Positions 14,042 through 25,918 are shown, counted from the first letter of the stretch. The stretch: 64,000 nucleotides of DNA from an uncultured Chloroflexia bacterium (GCA_963827475.1 CAWHAZ010000004.1:192001-256000); one strand, 5' to 3'. Translations and numbers: made by a program. Notes: generated from the sequence alone by a model not told the origin.

Positions 14042-14605
14042 TCAGGTCGGGCGAACGATCGGATCGATCAGGCCGTGGCCCCCGTCGGCGCGGCGGTACA
14101 CGACGCTCACCCGGCTCGTTTCGGCGTTGAGGAACACGAAGAACGCGTGGCCCAGCTCCTCCATCCGGGTGATCGCGTCCTCGGGGAACATCGGCACCAT
14201 GTCGAGGCGGGTGATCTCGACGACTCCGGCCGGGGGCTCGCGCTCCGTCACCGTGGGCGCGGCGGCGCTGGCCACGCTCGCCGCGCTGGCCGCCGGCGAC
14301 CGCCGGCTCTCCCGCACCCGCTGGCGCGCCCGCACGACCTGCCGCTCGAGCTTGTCGACCACGGCGTCCACGGCGGCCATGGGCGTGGCCGCGGCCGCGG
14401 ACGACCGCATCATCGCGCCGCGGCTGACCAGGGTGATCGACGCGGCGTGAGCCGAATCCGCCGCGCGGGATGCCCGCGCGGTCAGCTCGACCGTGGCGTG
14501 GGCGGGCGTGTCCGCGATCCGATCCAGGCGCTGGAGCTTGCGCTCGATGCGGGCCCTCAGGCGGGCATCGAGCTCGAGGTGACGGGCGTGGAGCGTGGTC
14601 TTCAC
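14042..14605 (-). CDS. hpf: Ribosome hibernation promoting factor (long HPF/RaiA)
   Basis: AAVDAVVDKLERQ, then the C-terminal S30AE domain PMFPEDAITRMEELGHAFFVFLNAET..VVYRR. Confidence 0.9.
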   Translation of the reverse strand: MKTTLHARHLELDARLRARIERKLQRLDRIADTPAHATVELTARASRAADSAHAASITLVSRGAMMRSSAAAATPMAAVDAVVDKLERQVVRARQRVRESRRSPAASAASVASAAAPTVTEREPPAGVVEITRLDMVPMFPEDAITRMEELGHAFFVFLNAETSRVSVVYRRADGGHGLIDPIVRPT

Positions 14606-14670
14606 CGCCGGTCTCTCCCGATTCGCGGGTCGGCCCTACGGTAGCACCAGATGCCTCGGACCGGGCCGGG

Positions 14671-15333
14671 TCACACCTCCCGCGCGATGGCGAAGCCGTA
14701 GACCGCCGGCACGCCCGCCGCCCGCAGGATGACCGCGCACGCCTCGAACGTGGCGCCGGTGGTCAGGATGTCGTCGACGACGATGGCCGCTTCCGGCAGC
14801 CGGCCGTTCGGCGGCGGCTGTCGCGCCATGGCCATCGCGTCGCGCAGGTTGCGGAGGCGCGTCGTGCGGTCCAGGCCGTGCTGGCGCTCCGTTGCGCGAC
14901 GGCGGACCAGCCCGGGCCACACCGGGACCCGGGTCTCGCGCCCCAGGGCCGCGGCCAGGAGGGCGGCCTGGTTGTAGCCCCGCTCCCGATGGCGGCCCTC
15001 GTGGAGCGGCACCGGTACCAGCAGGGCCGGGCCGCTGACCGCCAGCAGCTGGCGCAGGGCCGGGGCTGCCAGTCGGGCGAGCGGCGCGGCCAGGTGTCGC
15101 CCGCCGCCGTACTTGAGGCGGCGGAGGATCCGTTGCGCCTCGTCGCGGTGCGCGAAGGCGGCGACGCCGACCAGCAGCGCGTCGCCCACGATCACCGCAC
15201 GGTCGGTGCCGAGAAATGCACTCCCAGGGTCCGTGGGCGGGCGCAGGCTCGACTGGCAGGCGTCACAGATCGCCGCGCCGTACCTCCCGCACCCCGCGCA
15301 GGCGGGCGGCAGCAGGAGGTCCAGGACGGCCAC
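14671..15333 (-). CDS. comF: ComF-family competence protein (zinc ribbon + PRTase)
   Basis: LDLLLPPACAGCG, CDAC, VPVPLH..R.RERGYNQA and VDDILTTGAT motifs. Confidence 0.92.
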   Translation of the reverse strand: MAVLDLLLPPACAGCGRYGAAICDACQSSLRPPTDPGSAFLGTDRAVIVGDALLVGVAAFAHRDEAQRILRRLKYGGGRHLAAPLARLAAPALRQLLAVSGPALLVPVPLHEGRHRERGYNQAALLAAALGRETRVPVWPGLVRRRATERQHGLDRTTRLRNLRDAMAMARQPPPNGRLPEAAIVVDDILTTGATFEACAVILRAAGVPAVYGFAIAREV

Positions 15334-15379
15334 GGGCCAAGTCTGCTGCACGGCCGTGTACCGGCCGCGTACCGGTGGC

Positions 15380-15745
15380 TTACGCCGAGGCGGGCTCGAG
15401 CACCAGCTGATCGCCGACCACCGTCCCGGTCGGCGCGACCGACCCCGACGGCAGTTCCAGGCAGTCACGCGCCCCACGGGCCCAGGCCACGATCCGCCAC
15501 GGGCGGAGCTGCTCGACGACCCGGACCACGCGGCCCGAGCCGTCGACGAAGACCGCATCGATCGCGAAGCGCATGAAGAACATGTGGATCGACGGCGAGC
15601 GTTCGATCCACAGCCCCTCTCCGGCAGGGAGCGACGGGCGGCCGAGCAGGCCCACCGTGCGGTCGCGGAGCGACCGGGCGACGAGGCACTGCTCGGCCAC
15701 CACCGTCCCCCGGGTCTCGTTGCGCACCCGCATCACGTCCGCCAT
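15380..15745 (-). CDS. DUF192 domain protein
   Basis: R..GLLGR, SIHMFFMRFAIDAVFVD and LELPSG motifs. Confidence 0.9.
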   Translation of the reverse strand: MADVMRVRNETRGTVVAEQCLVARSLRDRTVGLLGRPSLPAGEGLWIERSPSIHMFFMRFAIDAVFVDGSGRVVRVVEQLRPWRIVAWARGARDCLELPSGSVAPTGTVVGDQLVLEPASA

Positions 15746-15773
15746 CCGCGGCGGATGCTACGCGGGCGGGCGG

Positions 15774-16962
15774 CTACTTGATGAGCTGAATCCCGACCGC
15801 GGAGAACGGTCCGGCCGTGCCGGGCGCCGGCCCGACGGTGGCGCCAGGACCGACGAAGCGGACGAACATGCCCTTCAGGCAGCTGGTCGCGCCGTTGCCC
15901 GTGTCGCAGTCGGCCTTGTTGTTGCCGTTGACGAACGCCCCCTTCGGATCTTCGAACAGGAACGCCACGAAGCGGTCGAGGTGGTACCACTGGTTCTGCC
16001 CGTTGCCGCCCACGTTCGGTGGCGGGCACGCGCCGACGCCGGTCCCGGGCGGCTCCATGTTGCACGTGGCGTCGAACATCGGGATCAGGACCGGGATCTG
16101 GTTGATGGCGTAGTAGTTCAGGGCATCCTCGACGCCGCTGCGAGTTGACGTTTCCGGTGCTCGGGACGTGGTACCAGCCTGGGACGGTGATCTGGTAGTC
16201 CAGCGTGCCGGGAGGTCCGATGGCGTCGATCAGCTCCGACGTTCCGCCGCCCGGCGGGTGCCAGTCCAGCCACCCGACGTTGCCGGGGCCGTTCTTGCAC
16301 AGCGGGATGGTGAACGGGATGTTGAAGTACGTTGGCTCGCCCCAGATCGAGGGCGGCACCGCCGGTGTGATGTCGCCGCTGCCGTCGCAGGTCACGACGT
16401 TCAGCGGGATGGTGACCGGAAGGATCGCGCAGTCGGAGGCGGACGGGCACACACCCTCGATGTAGCCCGCCACCGCGGTCGCATCCGCCAGGGTGGTCAG
16501 CGTCGGCCGGCCGATCACCTGCATCAGGAAGGTGTCGAACGTCTTCGAGGTCTCGGCCTGGACGCCGGCGGCATTGGGCGGAATCGCGCCCGCGCCCACC
16601 TCGGCAGCGGCTGCCGTGCTCGCGGCAGGTCCCCCGGCGCCGTCGAGCAGGTTGCCGAGGATGTCCGTGTACCACGCACCGACCTTGTCGACGCCGTTGG
16701 CCGCGACCGAGGCATCAACGGCGGCCAGCACGTCGGCATCGACGCGGGGCTCCCCGCTGAGACGCTCGGCCATCACCACGGCGCCGGCCTCGCTGACCGC
16801 GTCCGACGCGTTCTGGTTGTCTCGCTGCTGGCCCCAGGCCATGCCACCATCGACGACGAGGCCCATGGCGGCCACCATGACCAGGAAGCCAGCGGCGACG
16901 ATGACGAGGATCTGACCTCGGGGTTCAGCCTCGGGGTTCAGAGGACGGGCGGGATGAAACAC
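15774..16962 (-). CDS. TadG-like pilus-associated protein, cassette 1 (frameshift near 16140)
   Basis: Prepilin-type RGQILVIVA..MGLVVDGG..QNASDA; C-terminus AVGIQLIK in a second frame. Confidence 0.85.
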
Positions 16963-16986
16963 GGATGGAACTCCTTTGAAGACGGT

Positions 16987-17472
16987 TCATGGCCAAGGAC
17001 AGGTGAGCAAGGCGGGGTTGGTTGGATCAGGGCATGTGCGCTCGACCGGCATTTCGGTCGTGGACGACAGCGGGTTCGCGGCGAAGTACCCCGCGAGGAT
17101 CTGACCGATGACCGGGGTCGCCGGGGCGAAGTCGTAGATCGACCGTGACCGAGACGACGCAGCCGACGGCAATGGGGTCACCGGCGACCGGATCGCCGCA
17201 GCTCCCCCGCCGACCAGGTCGTAGACGGGCGTGACCGCGGCGTCGGTGAGGCCGAGTGAGACCGCCTGCTTGATGGCCTCCGCCTCGACGTCGGCATTGG
17301 TCTGGTTCACGATCGCGACCCGCGCCGATTCGCGCGAGGCGTTCGAGATCGTGTTGTAGGCGTAGACCGCCCGCCCGAGGTCGAAGAGTCCGAACAGGAT
17401 CAGCACGAAGACCGGGAGGACCAGCGCGAACTCCACCAGGCTCTGGCCGCGTTCGGACGACTGCCTGCGCAT
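16987..17472 (-). CDS. TadE-like minor pilin, cassette 1
   Basis: RGQSLVEFALVLPVF..FDLGR..ASRESAR; C-terminal MPVERTCP..TCPWP. Confidence 0.88.
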   Translation of the reverse strand: MRRQSSERGQSLVEFALVLPVFVLILFGLFDLGRAVYAYNTISNASRESARVAIVNQTNADVEAEAIKQAVSLGLTDAAVTPVYDLVGGGAAAIRSPVTPLPSAASSRSRSIYDFAPATPVIGQILAGYFAANPLSSTTEMPVERTCPDPTNPALLTCPWP

Positions 17473-17473
17473 G

Positions 17474-18240
17474 TCAGGGGCCCACCGATTCGATGGTCGC
17501 GTTGCACGGTCCCGACTGTCCGCCAACCAGCGGGGACTGGCTGCCGACGAAGTCTGGTTCGCTGTTGGCGGCCGGTTGACGACGAGCGTCGTCGTGAACC
17601 CGGCCAGCGCCCACTTGGCCTGGAGCGCGGGTTCGGGCTCTGCTTGATCGATGGTCGCCGATGAAGCTCGGCGCGGTGCACTGGGCTGGCGTGGGCGCCG
17701 GGGTCGCCGAGGGATCGGGCGTGGGCGTCGGGCTGCCTGCCGGGGACGGCGAGGGCAGCGTGGAGCCCGACGGGCACTCCCCCGATGAACCCACCGCGGA
17801 TCGGGAACACCGATTCGGCGCTGATGGTGATCACTCCGCCGACGATCTGCGAGACGAGCGGCGTGATGAGCGTGAACTGGCAGGTGAGCGTGACCTGGGC
17901 CGGATCACCGAGGTCGGTGCCGGCGCTGAACACGGGCGTCGGAAGGGTGCCCGGCAGCACGCAGTTCAGCGCATTGGCATCGGCCAGGATCTGGGCCTCG
18001 TAGTTCGCCTGTTGGGTCGAGTTGCCCGGCGTGCCCCAGGCGGTCGGGTGCGCGGCCGCGTAGCTGGCCCCGATCCGGCTGGCGTTGTTCAGGCCCACCC
18101 AGCCGAAGAAGACGCGGCCGAGGTCGAGGCCGAGCAAGCAGGACGAGCAGCAGGACCGGCAGGATGAGGGCCATTTCGACCAGCGCCTGCCCACGGCGGG
18201 AGCGACCGGAGGTGCGACCGAGTATTCGAGACAGAAACAT
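17474..18240 (-). CDS. TadE-like minor pilin with Pro/Thr linker and PASTA-like domain, cassette 1 (frameshifted)
   Basis: RGQALVEMALILP; LDLGRVFFGWVGLNNASRIGA; PSPSP..TPTPDPSATPAPT; CTAPSFIG. Confidence 0.8.
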
Positions 18241-18328
18241 GAGGCGAATCCGAAATAAGGACGGTTAGCCGGATGAGGACGAGTCTCAGCCGATTGGGCT
18301 ATGAGTCCGCCCGAAAGTACCACCCTGA

Positions 18329-18346
18329 CCTTGCCGTGCACCTTGC
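18329..18346. promoter_or_regulatory. CCTTGC-N6-CCTTGC direct repeat upstream of cassette 1, beside a minus-strand -10-like TACTTT (18314-18319)
   Basis: Same motif recurs upstream of cassettes 2 and 3. Confidence 0.5.
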
Positions 18347-18502
18347 AGCACCGGATATTCCGTTGGCCGCAGGCAACGGCGGCCTTCGTCAATCGCGCCC
18401 ACCGCCAGGTCGCTTGGCTGGGGACCGAGCAGAACGACACCGCTCGGGCGAGAGCGGTGTCGCGGCTGATGTGGACGGCCCGGACGGGTTCCGGGCGGTG
18501 GG

Positions 18503-19759
18503 CTACTTGATCAGCTGGATCCCCACGGCGGCGTTCGCGCCGGGCTGCCCATTACCGGCTCCGACCGTGGCGCCGGGTCCCACGTACTTCACGAACATGC
18601 CCTTCAGGCAGGACGGTGGCCCCGTTGCCGGTGTCGCACTCAGGCTTGTTGCTGCCGGAGATGTACGCGCCCTTCGGGGCGTCCATCAGGAACGACACGA
18701 ATCGGTCGAGGTGATACCACTGGTTCGAGCCATTGCCACCGACGTTCGCGGGCGGACATCGCTCGATGTCGCTCACGCCCGGGGCTGGGCGGGTCGGGCT
18801 CGGTGTTGCAGGTGGCGTCGAACATCGGGATCAGCGCCGGAATCTGGTTCTGGGCGTAGTAGTTCAGCGCGTCCTCGACACCGCTGCTGTTCACGTTGCC
18901 GGTGGAGGTGACGTAGAACCACCCAGGCACTGACATCTCGTTGTTCGTGGCCGGTGGGCCGATCGCGGTCACGAGCTCGCTCGTTCCCCCAGCCGTCGGA
19001 GTCCAGTCCAGCCAGCCGACGTTTCCGGGGTTGTTCTTGCACAGCGGGATGGTCATGTGGAGGGACCAGTCCAGGACACCGTCGCCGTCGGGATCGAGCC
19101 ATTCCCGGACCGGGTTCGACAGCATCGACTCACCACTGCCGTCGCAGGTCGTGATGCTGAGCGGGATCGTCACCGGCAGGACGTAGCAGTCGCCGGTCGC
19201 GGGGCACACCCCGTCGATGTAGCCCGAAACAGCGGTCGCATCGGCCACCGTGCTCAGGGTGTCGAAGCCGATGACCCCCACCAGGAACGTCTCAAAATCC
19301 TTGCGGGTCTCGACCTGGACGCCGAGGCGGACATCGGCCTGGAGGGTCCCCGCATTGGGGCAGAAGGACAGCGGGATCAGTCCGCCACCCACCTCGGCAG
19401 CGTCCGCCCTCGCCACCGGCGCGCCGGCGGCGTTGACGGGATCACCGTTGCAGTTCGCGTACCAGGCCCCGACCAGCGTGACGCCGTTCGCGGTGACCGA
19501 TCCATCGACAGCGGCGAGGACGTCGGCATCGGTTCGCAGCTTCCCCGGTCAGCTTCTCGGCGAGCACGACGGCTCCCGCTTCGCTGGCCGCGTCGGCGGC
19601 GTTCTGGTTGTCACGCTGCTGGCCCCACGCGTACCCGCCGTCGACGACGAGCCCGGTCATCGCGACCATGATGACCAGCGCGGCGGCGACGATGATCAGG
19701 ATCTGACCGCGGGGCTCGTCTTCGGCCCGCGTGCGGGGAGGTCGGTGGAGGAAGAACAT
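18503..19759 (-). CDS. TadG-like pilus-associated protein, cassette 2 (frameshifted)
   Basis: RGQILIIVAAA..GLVVDGG..QQRDNQNAADA; PLCKNNPGNVGWLDW; ends GIQLIK; close paralog of 15774-16962. Confidence 0.85.
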
Positions 19760-19782
19760 GATGATGGCTCCTATGGGTTCGG

Positions 19783-20250
19783 TCACGGCCACGGGCACGT
19801 GAGCAGGGAGGGATTATTGGAGTCGGGACAGGTGCGTTCGACCGGCATCTCGGTCGTGGACGAAATCGTGAATGGACCGATGATCTGGCCGATCACCGGG
19901 GTCGCGGCGACGAACGTGTACTGGACGGTGACCGCGGCCCGACAGGTGACCCCGAACGGAGCGGTGCAGTCTCCGGTCCCGCTCGGGTCGCCGTAGGAGA
20001 TCGTCACCTCGGCCGGCGTGAGGCCGAGACCGACCCCTTGCTTCAGCGCTTCGGCCTCGATATCAGCCTCGGTCTGGTTCACGATCGCGATCCGCACCGA
20101 CTCGCGCGATGCATTGGAGACCGTGTTGAACGCGAACACCGCGCGGCCGAGGTCGAACAGACCGATCAGCAGCAGGATGAACACCGGAAAGACGAGCGCA
20201 AACTCGACCAGGCTCTGGCCCTTTGCCGAACGCGTCGCGAGCCTGCTCAT
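19783..20250 (-). CDS. TadE-like minor pilin, cassette 2
   Basis: KGQSLVEFALVFP; ends MPVERTCPDSNNPSLLTCPWP. Confidence 0.9.
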   Translation of the reverse strand: MSRLATRSAKGQSLVEFALVFPVFILLLIGLFDLGRAVFAFNTVSNASRESVRIAIVNQTEADIEAEALKQGVGLGLTPAEVTISYGDPSGTGDCTAPFGVTCRAAVTVQYTFVAATPVIGQIIGPFTISSTTEMPVERTCPDSNNPSLLTCPWP

Positions 20251-20985
20251 GTCCCGTACACCGTCATGTTGCGTCGTGTTGCAGTTGGCCGGCTGCCCGC
20301 CCACAGTCGACTGGTTGGTGATCGTGTAGTTCCCGTTCGGGGGACGGGTGACGGTCACCGTCGTGGTGAAGCCGGCCGCGAACCAGATGCTCTGCGCGTC
20401 ATTGACCTTGGCGCCGACGAAGCTCGGAATCTGACACGGAACCGGCGTCGGGGCCGGCGTCGCGGATGGGTCTGGTGTCGCGGTGGGGGACGGGCTCGGG
20501 CTCGGCGTCGGCACCGGGCTGCTCAGCGGGGTGGTGCCCGCCAGGCCAGCGCGAATCGGGAACACCGTATCGGCCTGGATGGTGATCGTGTTGCCCAGGA
20601 GCTGGGACACGACGGGCGTGAGCAGGGTGAAGGTGCAGGACAGCGTCACCTGGGCGGTGTCGCCCAGGTCGGTACCTGCGGCGAAAGCCGGGTCGGGAAG
20701 CGTTCCCGGAAGCGTGCAGTTCAGGGCCGCTGCGTCGGCGAGGATCTGGGCCTCGTAGCTGTCGCGCTCCGTCGCGCTGCCCGGGCTGCCCCACGCGGTG
20801 GGGTGGGCGGCGGCGTAGCTGGCGCCGATGCGGCTCGCATTCGTGAGGCCGACCCAGCCGAAGAACACCCGACCGAAGTCGAGCCCGAGCAGGATGATCA
20901 GCAGCAGGACAGGGACGATGAGCGCGAACTCGACCAGCCCCTGGCCGCGACTTGATCGGCGCATGCGACGGCGCAATCGATTCAT
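20247..20985 (-). CDS. TadE-like minor pilin with Pro/Thr linker and PASTA-like domain, cassette 2
   Basis: RGQGLVEFALIVP; SPVPTPSPSPSPTATPDPSATPAPTP; CQIPSFVGAKVNDAQSIWFAAGF..NQS. Confidence 0.88.
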
Positions 20986-21004
20986 GCCCGGAGTATCCCG
21001 GGCA

Positions 21005-21025
21005 GCACCTTGCAGGCCGCCTGAC
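21005..21025. promoter_or_regulatory. GCACCTTGC-containing repeat (CCTTGC-N6-CCTGAC) upstream of cassette 2
   Basis: Identical 9-mer GCACCTTGC upstream of all three cassettes. Confidence 0.45.
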
Positions 21026-21091
21026 AGCGGGTAGTACCTTGGGTAAGCCTCCGGGGAGGGACTTTCGGCCCGGCACCCTCGCTGTGGAGCG

Positions 21092-22617
21092 TTACCGGGT
21101 CGCTTCTCCGTCCGCCTCGGGCTCGGTGGGCTCGCGCCGGGAGGGTGATCGTGAAGGTCGCCCCTTCGCCCGGCTCGCCGGAGAGGGTCAAGTGGCCATG
21201 CATGGCCTCGACCAGGCCGCGAGCGGCGTACAGACCGATGCCGCTGCCGTCGGGCACCATCTGCCGTGCGTGCTCGCCTCGAAAGAACTGGTCGAAGGCC
21301 CGCTCGCGATCCTCGGCCGCGATCCCCGGCCCGGCATCGGTCACCGTCAGCTGGCTGACGAGGTCGCCAGTTGGGGCCGTCGCGCCCGGTCAGCCGGACG
21401 CGGATCTGGGTGCCTGCGGGCGAGTACTTCACCGCGTTGTCGAACAGCGCCCACAGCACCTGCTCGAAACGGTCCGGATCGCCGACGACGAGGTGCGGCT
21501 CGCCATCGGCGTCGAACTCGAGTTGATGGCTGGTGTTGCGGAGGGCATCCCACGTCCGCCTGACAATCGGCTCGGCGCGGAAGATCTCCTGACGCGACTC
21601 GAGCGCCCCGGCCTCGAGCCGGGAGACGGCCAGCAGCTGACCGACCATTCGGCGCAACCGGTCGGCCTGGTGACCGATGGCCTCCAGGTCGGAACGGGCC
21701 TGGGCGTTGAGCTTGGCCTCCTGGCCGATGTCGGCGGCCAGGGCCCGGATGCTGGTCAGCGGAGTCTGCAGGTCGTGGGTGATGCCGCGCAGGAAGTCGC
21801 TCTGGACCGCCGCCAGGCGGTTCAGCTCATCGGTCTGGGCCTGGAGGCGGGCGTAGAGCAGCGAGTGCTCCAGGGCCGAGGCCGCGACCTGGGCGATCAG
21901 GCTCAGCAGGTTCCGCTCCGCGGGCGAGGGCTCCGGACGCCCCTCCCACGGGGCGAGGAGAAGGCCGGTGAGCTCCTCGGGGCTCGAGACGTCGACCACG
22001 ACCACCGCGCCCCACGGACCGATGAGGTGCCGCGGCTGCAGGCGCTCGGGCTCGCCGGTGACCGCCGCCCACTGCTCCAGCTCGTCCACCGCCCGGGCCG
22101 GCGTGGCCGGATCCGCGTCGTACACCCCGGCCGGCAGGGCGGTCGGGTCGGCCGCGTGGAGCACGACGAGCAGCCAGGTCGGGTCGCCGGTCACCTGGCG
22201 GGCGACCTCCACCACCCGCGCCGCGACCTCCACCGGTCCGCCGGTGATCGGGGCGGCCGCCACGTCGGCGGCGAGGGTGGCGATCTGGCGGTTGCGCTCG
22301 TCGAGCGCGCTCCGCAGCTGACGCTGGACGGCGCCCAGGTCGTCCGTGGCGGCCTCGGGGCCGTCCGTCCCGCCCCCGCGGGTCGCGATGCTCACCACCT
22401 CCTGGAGGTCGCGCGAGGCGGCCCGGGCCGTCAGGCTCGCCACCAGGGCGCCCCAGGCCAGCGTCGCCAGCCCGATCAGCAGGAATGCGGTTGCGAACCC
22501 CACCTCGGCGATCCAGGCGTCGGCGTAGGCCAGGACGAGGGCCAGGGCGGCGAGGCCGGGCAGGGCGACGACCGCGATGACGGCAAACAGGCGGAGCGAG
22601 GCCTGGCCGAGTCCCAC
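21092..22617 (-). CDS. Membrane sensor histidine kinase (2 TM, GAF-like, HisKA, HATPase; frameshift near 21370; end approximate)
   Basis: ITHDLQTPLTSI H-box, DNAVKY N-box; DAGPGI and GSGIGLY G-boxes in a shifted frame. Confidence 0.88.
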
Positions 22618-22743
22618 CGGCGCTCAGTCGCTCAGCGGATCCGGGGCCGCGGGACGTGGCGAGGCCCCCGGCGCCCGTTCATGACTCGCATGATAGGCAC
22701 TCCCAGGGGCCCCGGACCGATGCGCCCCCGTGGACGCGTCGGT

Positions 22744-25285
22744 CTACGGCACGACCAGGTGGACCGGGTTGCCCCGGAGGGTCACCTGCCAGGTGGTCAG
22801 GTCGAACGCGTTGTCCGCGGTGGACCCGCCCATGTCGTACTGGATCTTCCACCAGTTGTCATCGAGGGTCCCGGGCGCGTCGCCGTCGTAGTTGCTGGGG
22901 ATGACGACGACGATCGTCAGCCAGCACCCGTTGTACTGCGAGCTGCCACCGGTATTGGTGGTGATGAACGGGTCCAGCGGTCCGGGCGGACCCACGGTGT
23001 CATCGGTCCGTCCGTTGCAGTTCGTGGCGCCGGACGCGACGGCGGTCGCCGTGAAGTCCATGTCGGCGTTGTTGTACACGCCGCCGTTGGGGTAGAGGAT
23101 CCGCAGGTCGGCCGACAGGTTGCCGGTGTCGCCCGGGTCCCACAGCCGGATCTCCAGGCTCTTGCCGGCGTGGACCGGCTCGATCTCGGCCAGGTAGAAC
23201 TGGGCCGACCCGCCGCCACGGAGCGGCGTGAAGGCCTGCATCGCCCCCAGGCCGTACACCTTCGGCGCATTGGGGCACGGGGTGCCGCTGCACCACGCCC
23301 GGGTCCAGATCGCGAACGAGTTGTGCCCGTTCGCGTTGTCCATGGCGGTCGCGCTGGACGGGTTGGTCGAGCGCGTGTGCAGGCGGTAGGTGTTTCCGCC
23401 GGTCATCGGGAGGGTCGGCGGGGTGGTCGGTCCGCCGGACAGCAGCGGGAAGGGCTGCTCGGCCGTCGCGGGGACCTCCTCCCCGGCGCTGCCGTTGACG
23501 AACGGCTGCAACGGGTACCAGCGGTTGTGCCAGAAGCGGCCGTCGGACAGGCTGCTGGTCGCACCCTGGCTGCAGGACGTGGCGACTGGTCCTGAGCCGC
23601 CGCCGAACAGCGAGTCGTCGTCGGCCTGCTGGTTGACGAACAGGTTGTGCGCCCGCGAGACGACCGAGTCGTCACCCAGGTCGAACGGCGTGTTCGAGGT
23701 GTTGTAGAGCGTGTAGTAGGCGCTCGTGGCCGCGGTCGAGCCGCCGAACCAGCGGTCGCCGGTGCCGTACTGGCCGCCGGTGTCGGTCGCGCAGAACGCC
23801 GGGTCGAAGATCCACACCTCCCCGGCGGTCGCCCCAGCTGGCATCTCGACCGCGTAGTTGTAGTACTGGTTCGGGTTGTACTCCGCGTTCTGGGCCGAGG
23901 TGCGCGGATCCCACTTCGGCAGGTAGGCGTCGCCGTTCACCTTCTCCGCCCCCTGGTTGATGAAGGTGCCCCACAGGCCTCGGGCGTTCAGGGCGTTGTT
24001 GTACGGGCTGACCACCACCGGGTCCGGGACCCAGGTGAAGGTCGTGTAGTGGACGACCACCTGGACCAGGTCGATGTACACCTCGCCGGCCACCGCACCG
24101 GTCGGCGGGCCGTCAGGTCCAGGCGGGTCAGCGGGCTGGCCCGGGCTCAACACGCTGCAGTTCAGCGGGTCGTTGTTCCACAGCCGGACCCGGAAGTTCG
24201 TGCTCTCGATCTCGGCCCGGGTCCAGGTGCGGCCCCACGTGTCGCTCGACCCACCGAGGACGACGTACGGCGAGCCGGTCGGCTCGACACCGGTCAAGGC
24301 AAGGGTCTTGTCGCCGGTGCCCGCGCCGGTCGTGTTCTGGGTGCCACCGGAGCCGGCGGCGCCCCACATCAGGTCGACGTTGATCGTGCAGCCGGCGACG
24401 TCGGTGGCGAAGCCCTCGATCCGCACCTCGATCCCCGCGATCCGGTGCCCCGGGTAGGCCGGCGCCGGCGCGGGCGGGTTCGCCGGGTTCGCGGGCAGCG
24501 CGAAGCCGAGGTTGCCGAGGCACACCCGGTTGTTGGCGGTTTCCGACCGGATCCACTGGTTGTTGCTGCTGTTCACGCGGTCGTCGAGCGTGCTGGCGGC
24601 CGGTGCTCCGGGTGCCGGGAACTGGCCCCACTGGATGGTGGGCGTGACGCCGGTGGTCGTGGCGCAGCTGCCCGCGTTGTCGGTCGGGCTCGTGCTCGTG
24701 CTCGTCGTCGACGACGAGATCACGCCGGCCGAGGTGCGCGGGCCCGCCACGGCCGGGGCGTTCCCCTGCCAGACGCCGCCACTCGGCGTCCGGATCTGGC
24801 CGAACACGCCGTAGTAGTTCTCCGGGCTGCCCATCGGCACCGGCAGGATGAACTCGGCCTTCGAGTCACGGGTGACCTGGACCTGGTCGAAGCCGAAGAC
24901 CTGCATGAAGAACGTCTCGATCGGGGTCGAGACGGTGACCAGCATCCGCCGCGGATCGGCGGGGTCAGGGCGCGGGTAGACGTCGATGCCGCCGTTCGGC
25001 GCCAGCAGGGAGCCGTCGCCGTCCTGGTACCCGTTCTTCCGCGACTCCTCGTGGGCCGAGGTGTTGGCCCCCGGGATGTTGCCGGGCAGGAACACGACGC
25101 CGGCCAGGGCGGCCGCATCGGCGGCGCGCTGGACCTTGAGCTCGTTGACCCAGATCCAGGCCAGGTCGACGACGAACGCCGCGGTCCCGAGCAGGAAGGT
25201 GAGGAGCAGGGCGAAGAGGACGAGGACCTGTCCGCGCGGGCGGCGCTCCCTGGATGGCAGTGCCGCGGCGGTGTCGTGTGGTCAC
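22744..25285 (-). CDS. Large TadG-like pilus adhesin, cassette 3 (frameshift near 5' end)
   Basis: RGQVLVLFALLL..AFVVDLAW..QRAADAAALAGV Tad N-terminus; about 800 aa Gly/Asn/Thr/Cys-rich extracellular region. Confidence 0.85.
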
Positions 25286-25918
25286 AGGAGAGGCCTCAGA
25301 GGCTCGTGGGGTTGAGCTCGAACACCGTGAAGTCGTACATCCCGATGTCGAGCAGGTTGATCAAGCGCGGCCAGGGGAGTCCGCGAGAAGTAGGTGTAGG
25401 TGACGCTGACGCCGATCGAGTCGGGCGTGCTGGAGTTCTGGCGCTCGGTGCAGGCGTCCCACTCCTGGGAGCCGAGCACCGGGCTGAAGTCGAGCGGGAC
25501 CCCGTCCACCGTGGGGCCGGCGCCGGGGGTGTAGACCCAGACGTTCGACGCGTCGTCACCGGCCCCGCCGACGTCCTCGCGGCCGTCCGGCTCGCTGCCG
25601 ACCAGGTCGGCCTCGAAGATCCGGATCTCGCTGACCTCTTCGATTTCGATGTTCGAGTCGCTGCTCTCGAGGATGCGCTGGGCGGCCGCGATGACCTCGT
25701 TGTCCACCGTCAGGCATCCCGGCATGCCGCCGCCATCGGCCAGGGCGGAACCGACGCGCGCCGCCTCGCGGCTTGCGTACTGGAGGGTCAGCTTGTGGTC
25801 CATGACGAAGCCGAACTCCAGCGTGCCCGAGCACGATGAGCAGGAGCACGGGGAGGATGAGCGCCATCTCGAGGGTCGCCTGCCCCCGCGAGACGCCCTC
25901 GCGTCGCAGCCGGCTCAC
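25282..25918 (-). CDS. TadE-like minor pilin, cassette 3 (frameshifted)
   Basis: RGQATLEMALILP; LQYASREAARVGS. Confidence 0.82.

Noticed and set aside
15774-20985. Diversity-generating retroelement or shufflon acting on the duplicated pilin cassettes
   Set aside because: No reverse transcriptase or recombinase in the window, and the differences run throughout the genes rather than being adenine-specific.
19783-22617. 944-aa ORF appearing to fuse a histidine kinase to two TadE pilins
   Set aside because: The kinase G-boxes lie in another frame and each TadE has its own leader and start, so the fusion is a frameshift artefact.
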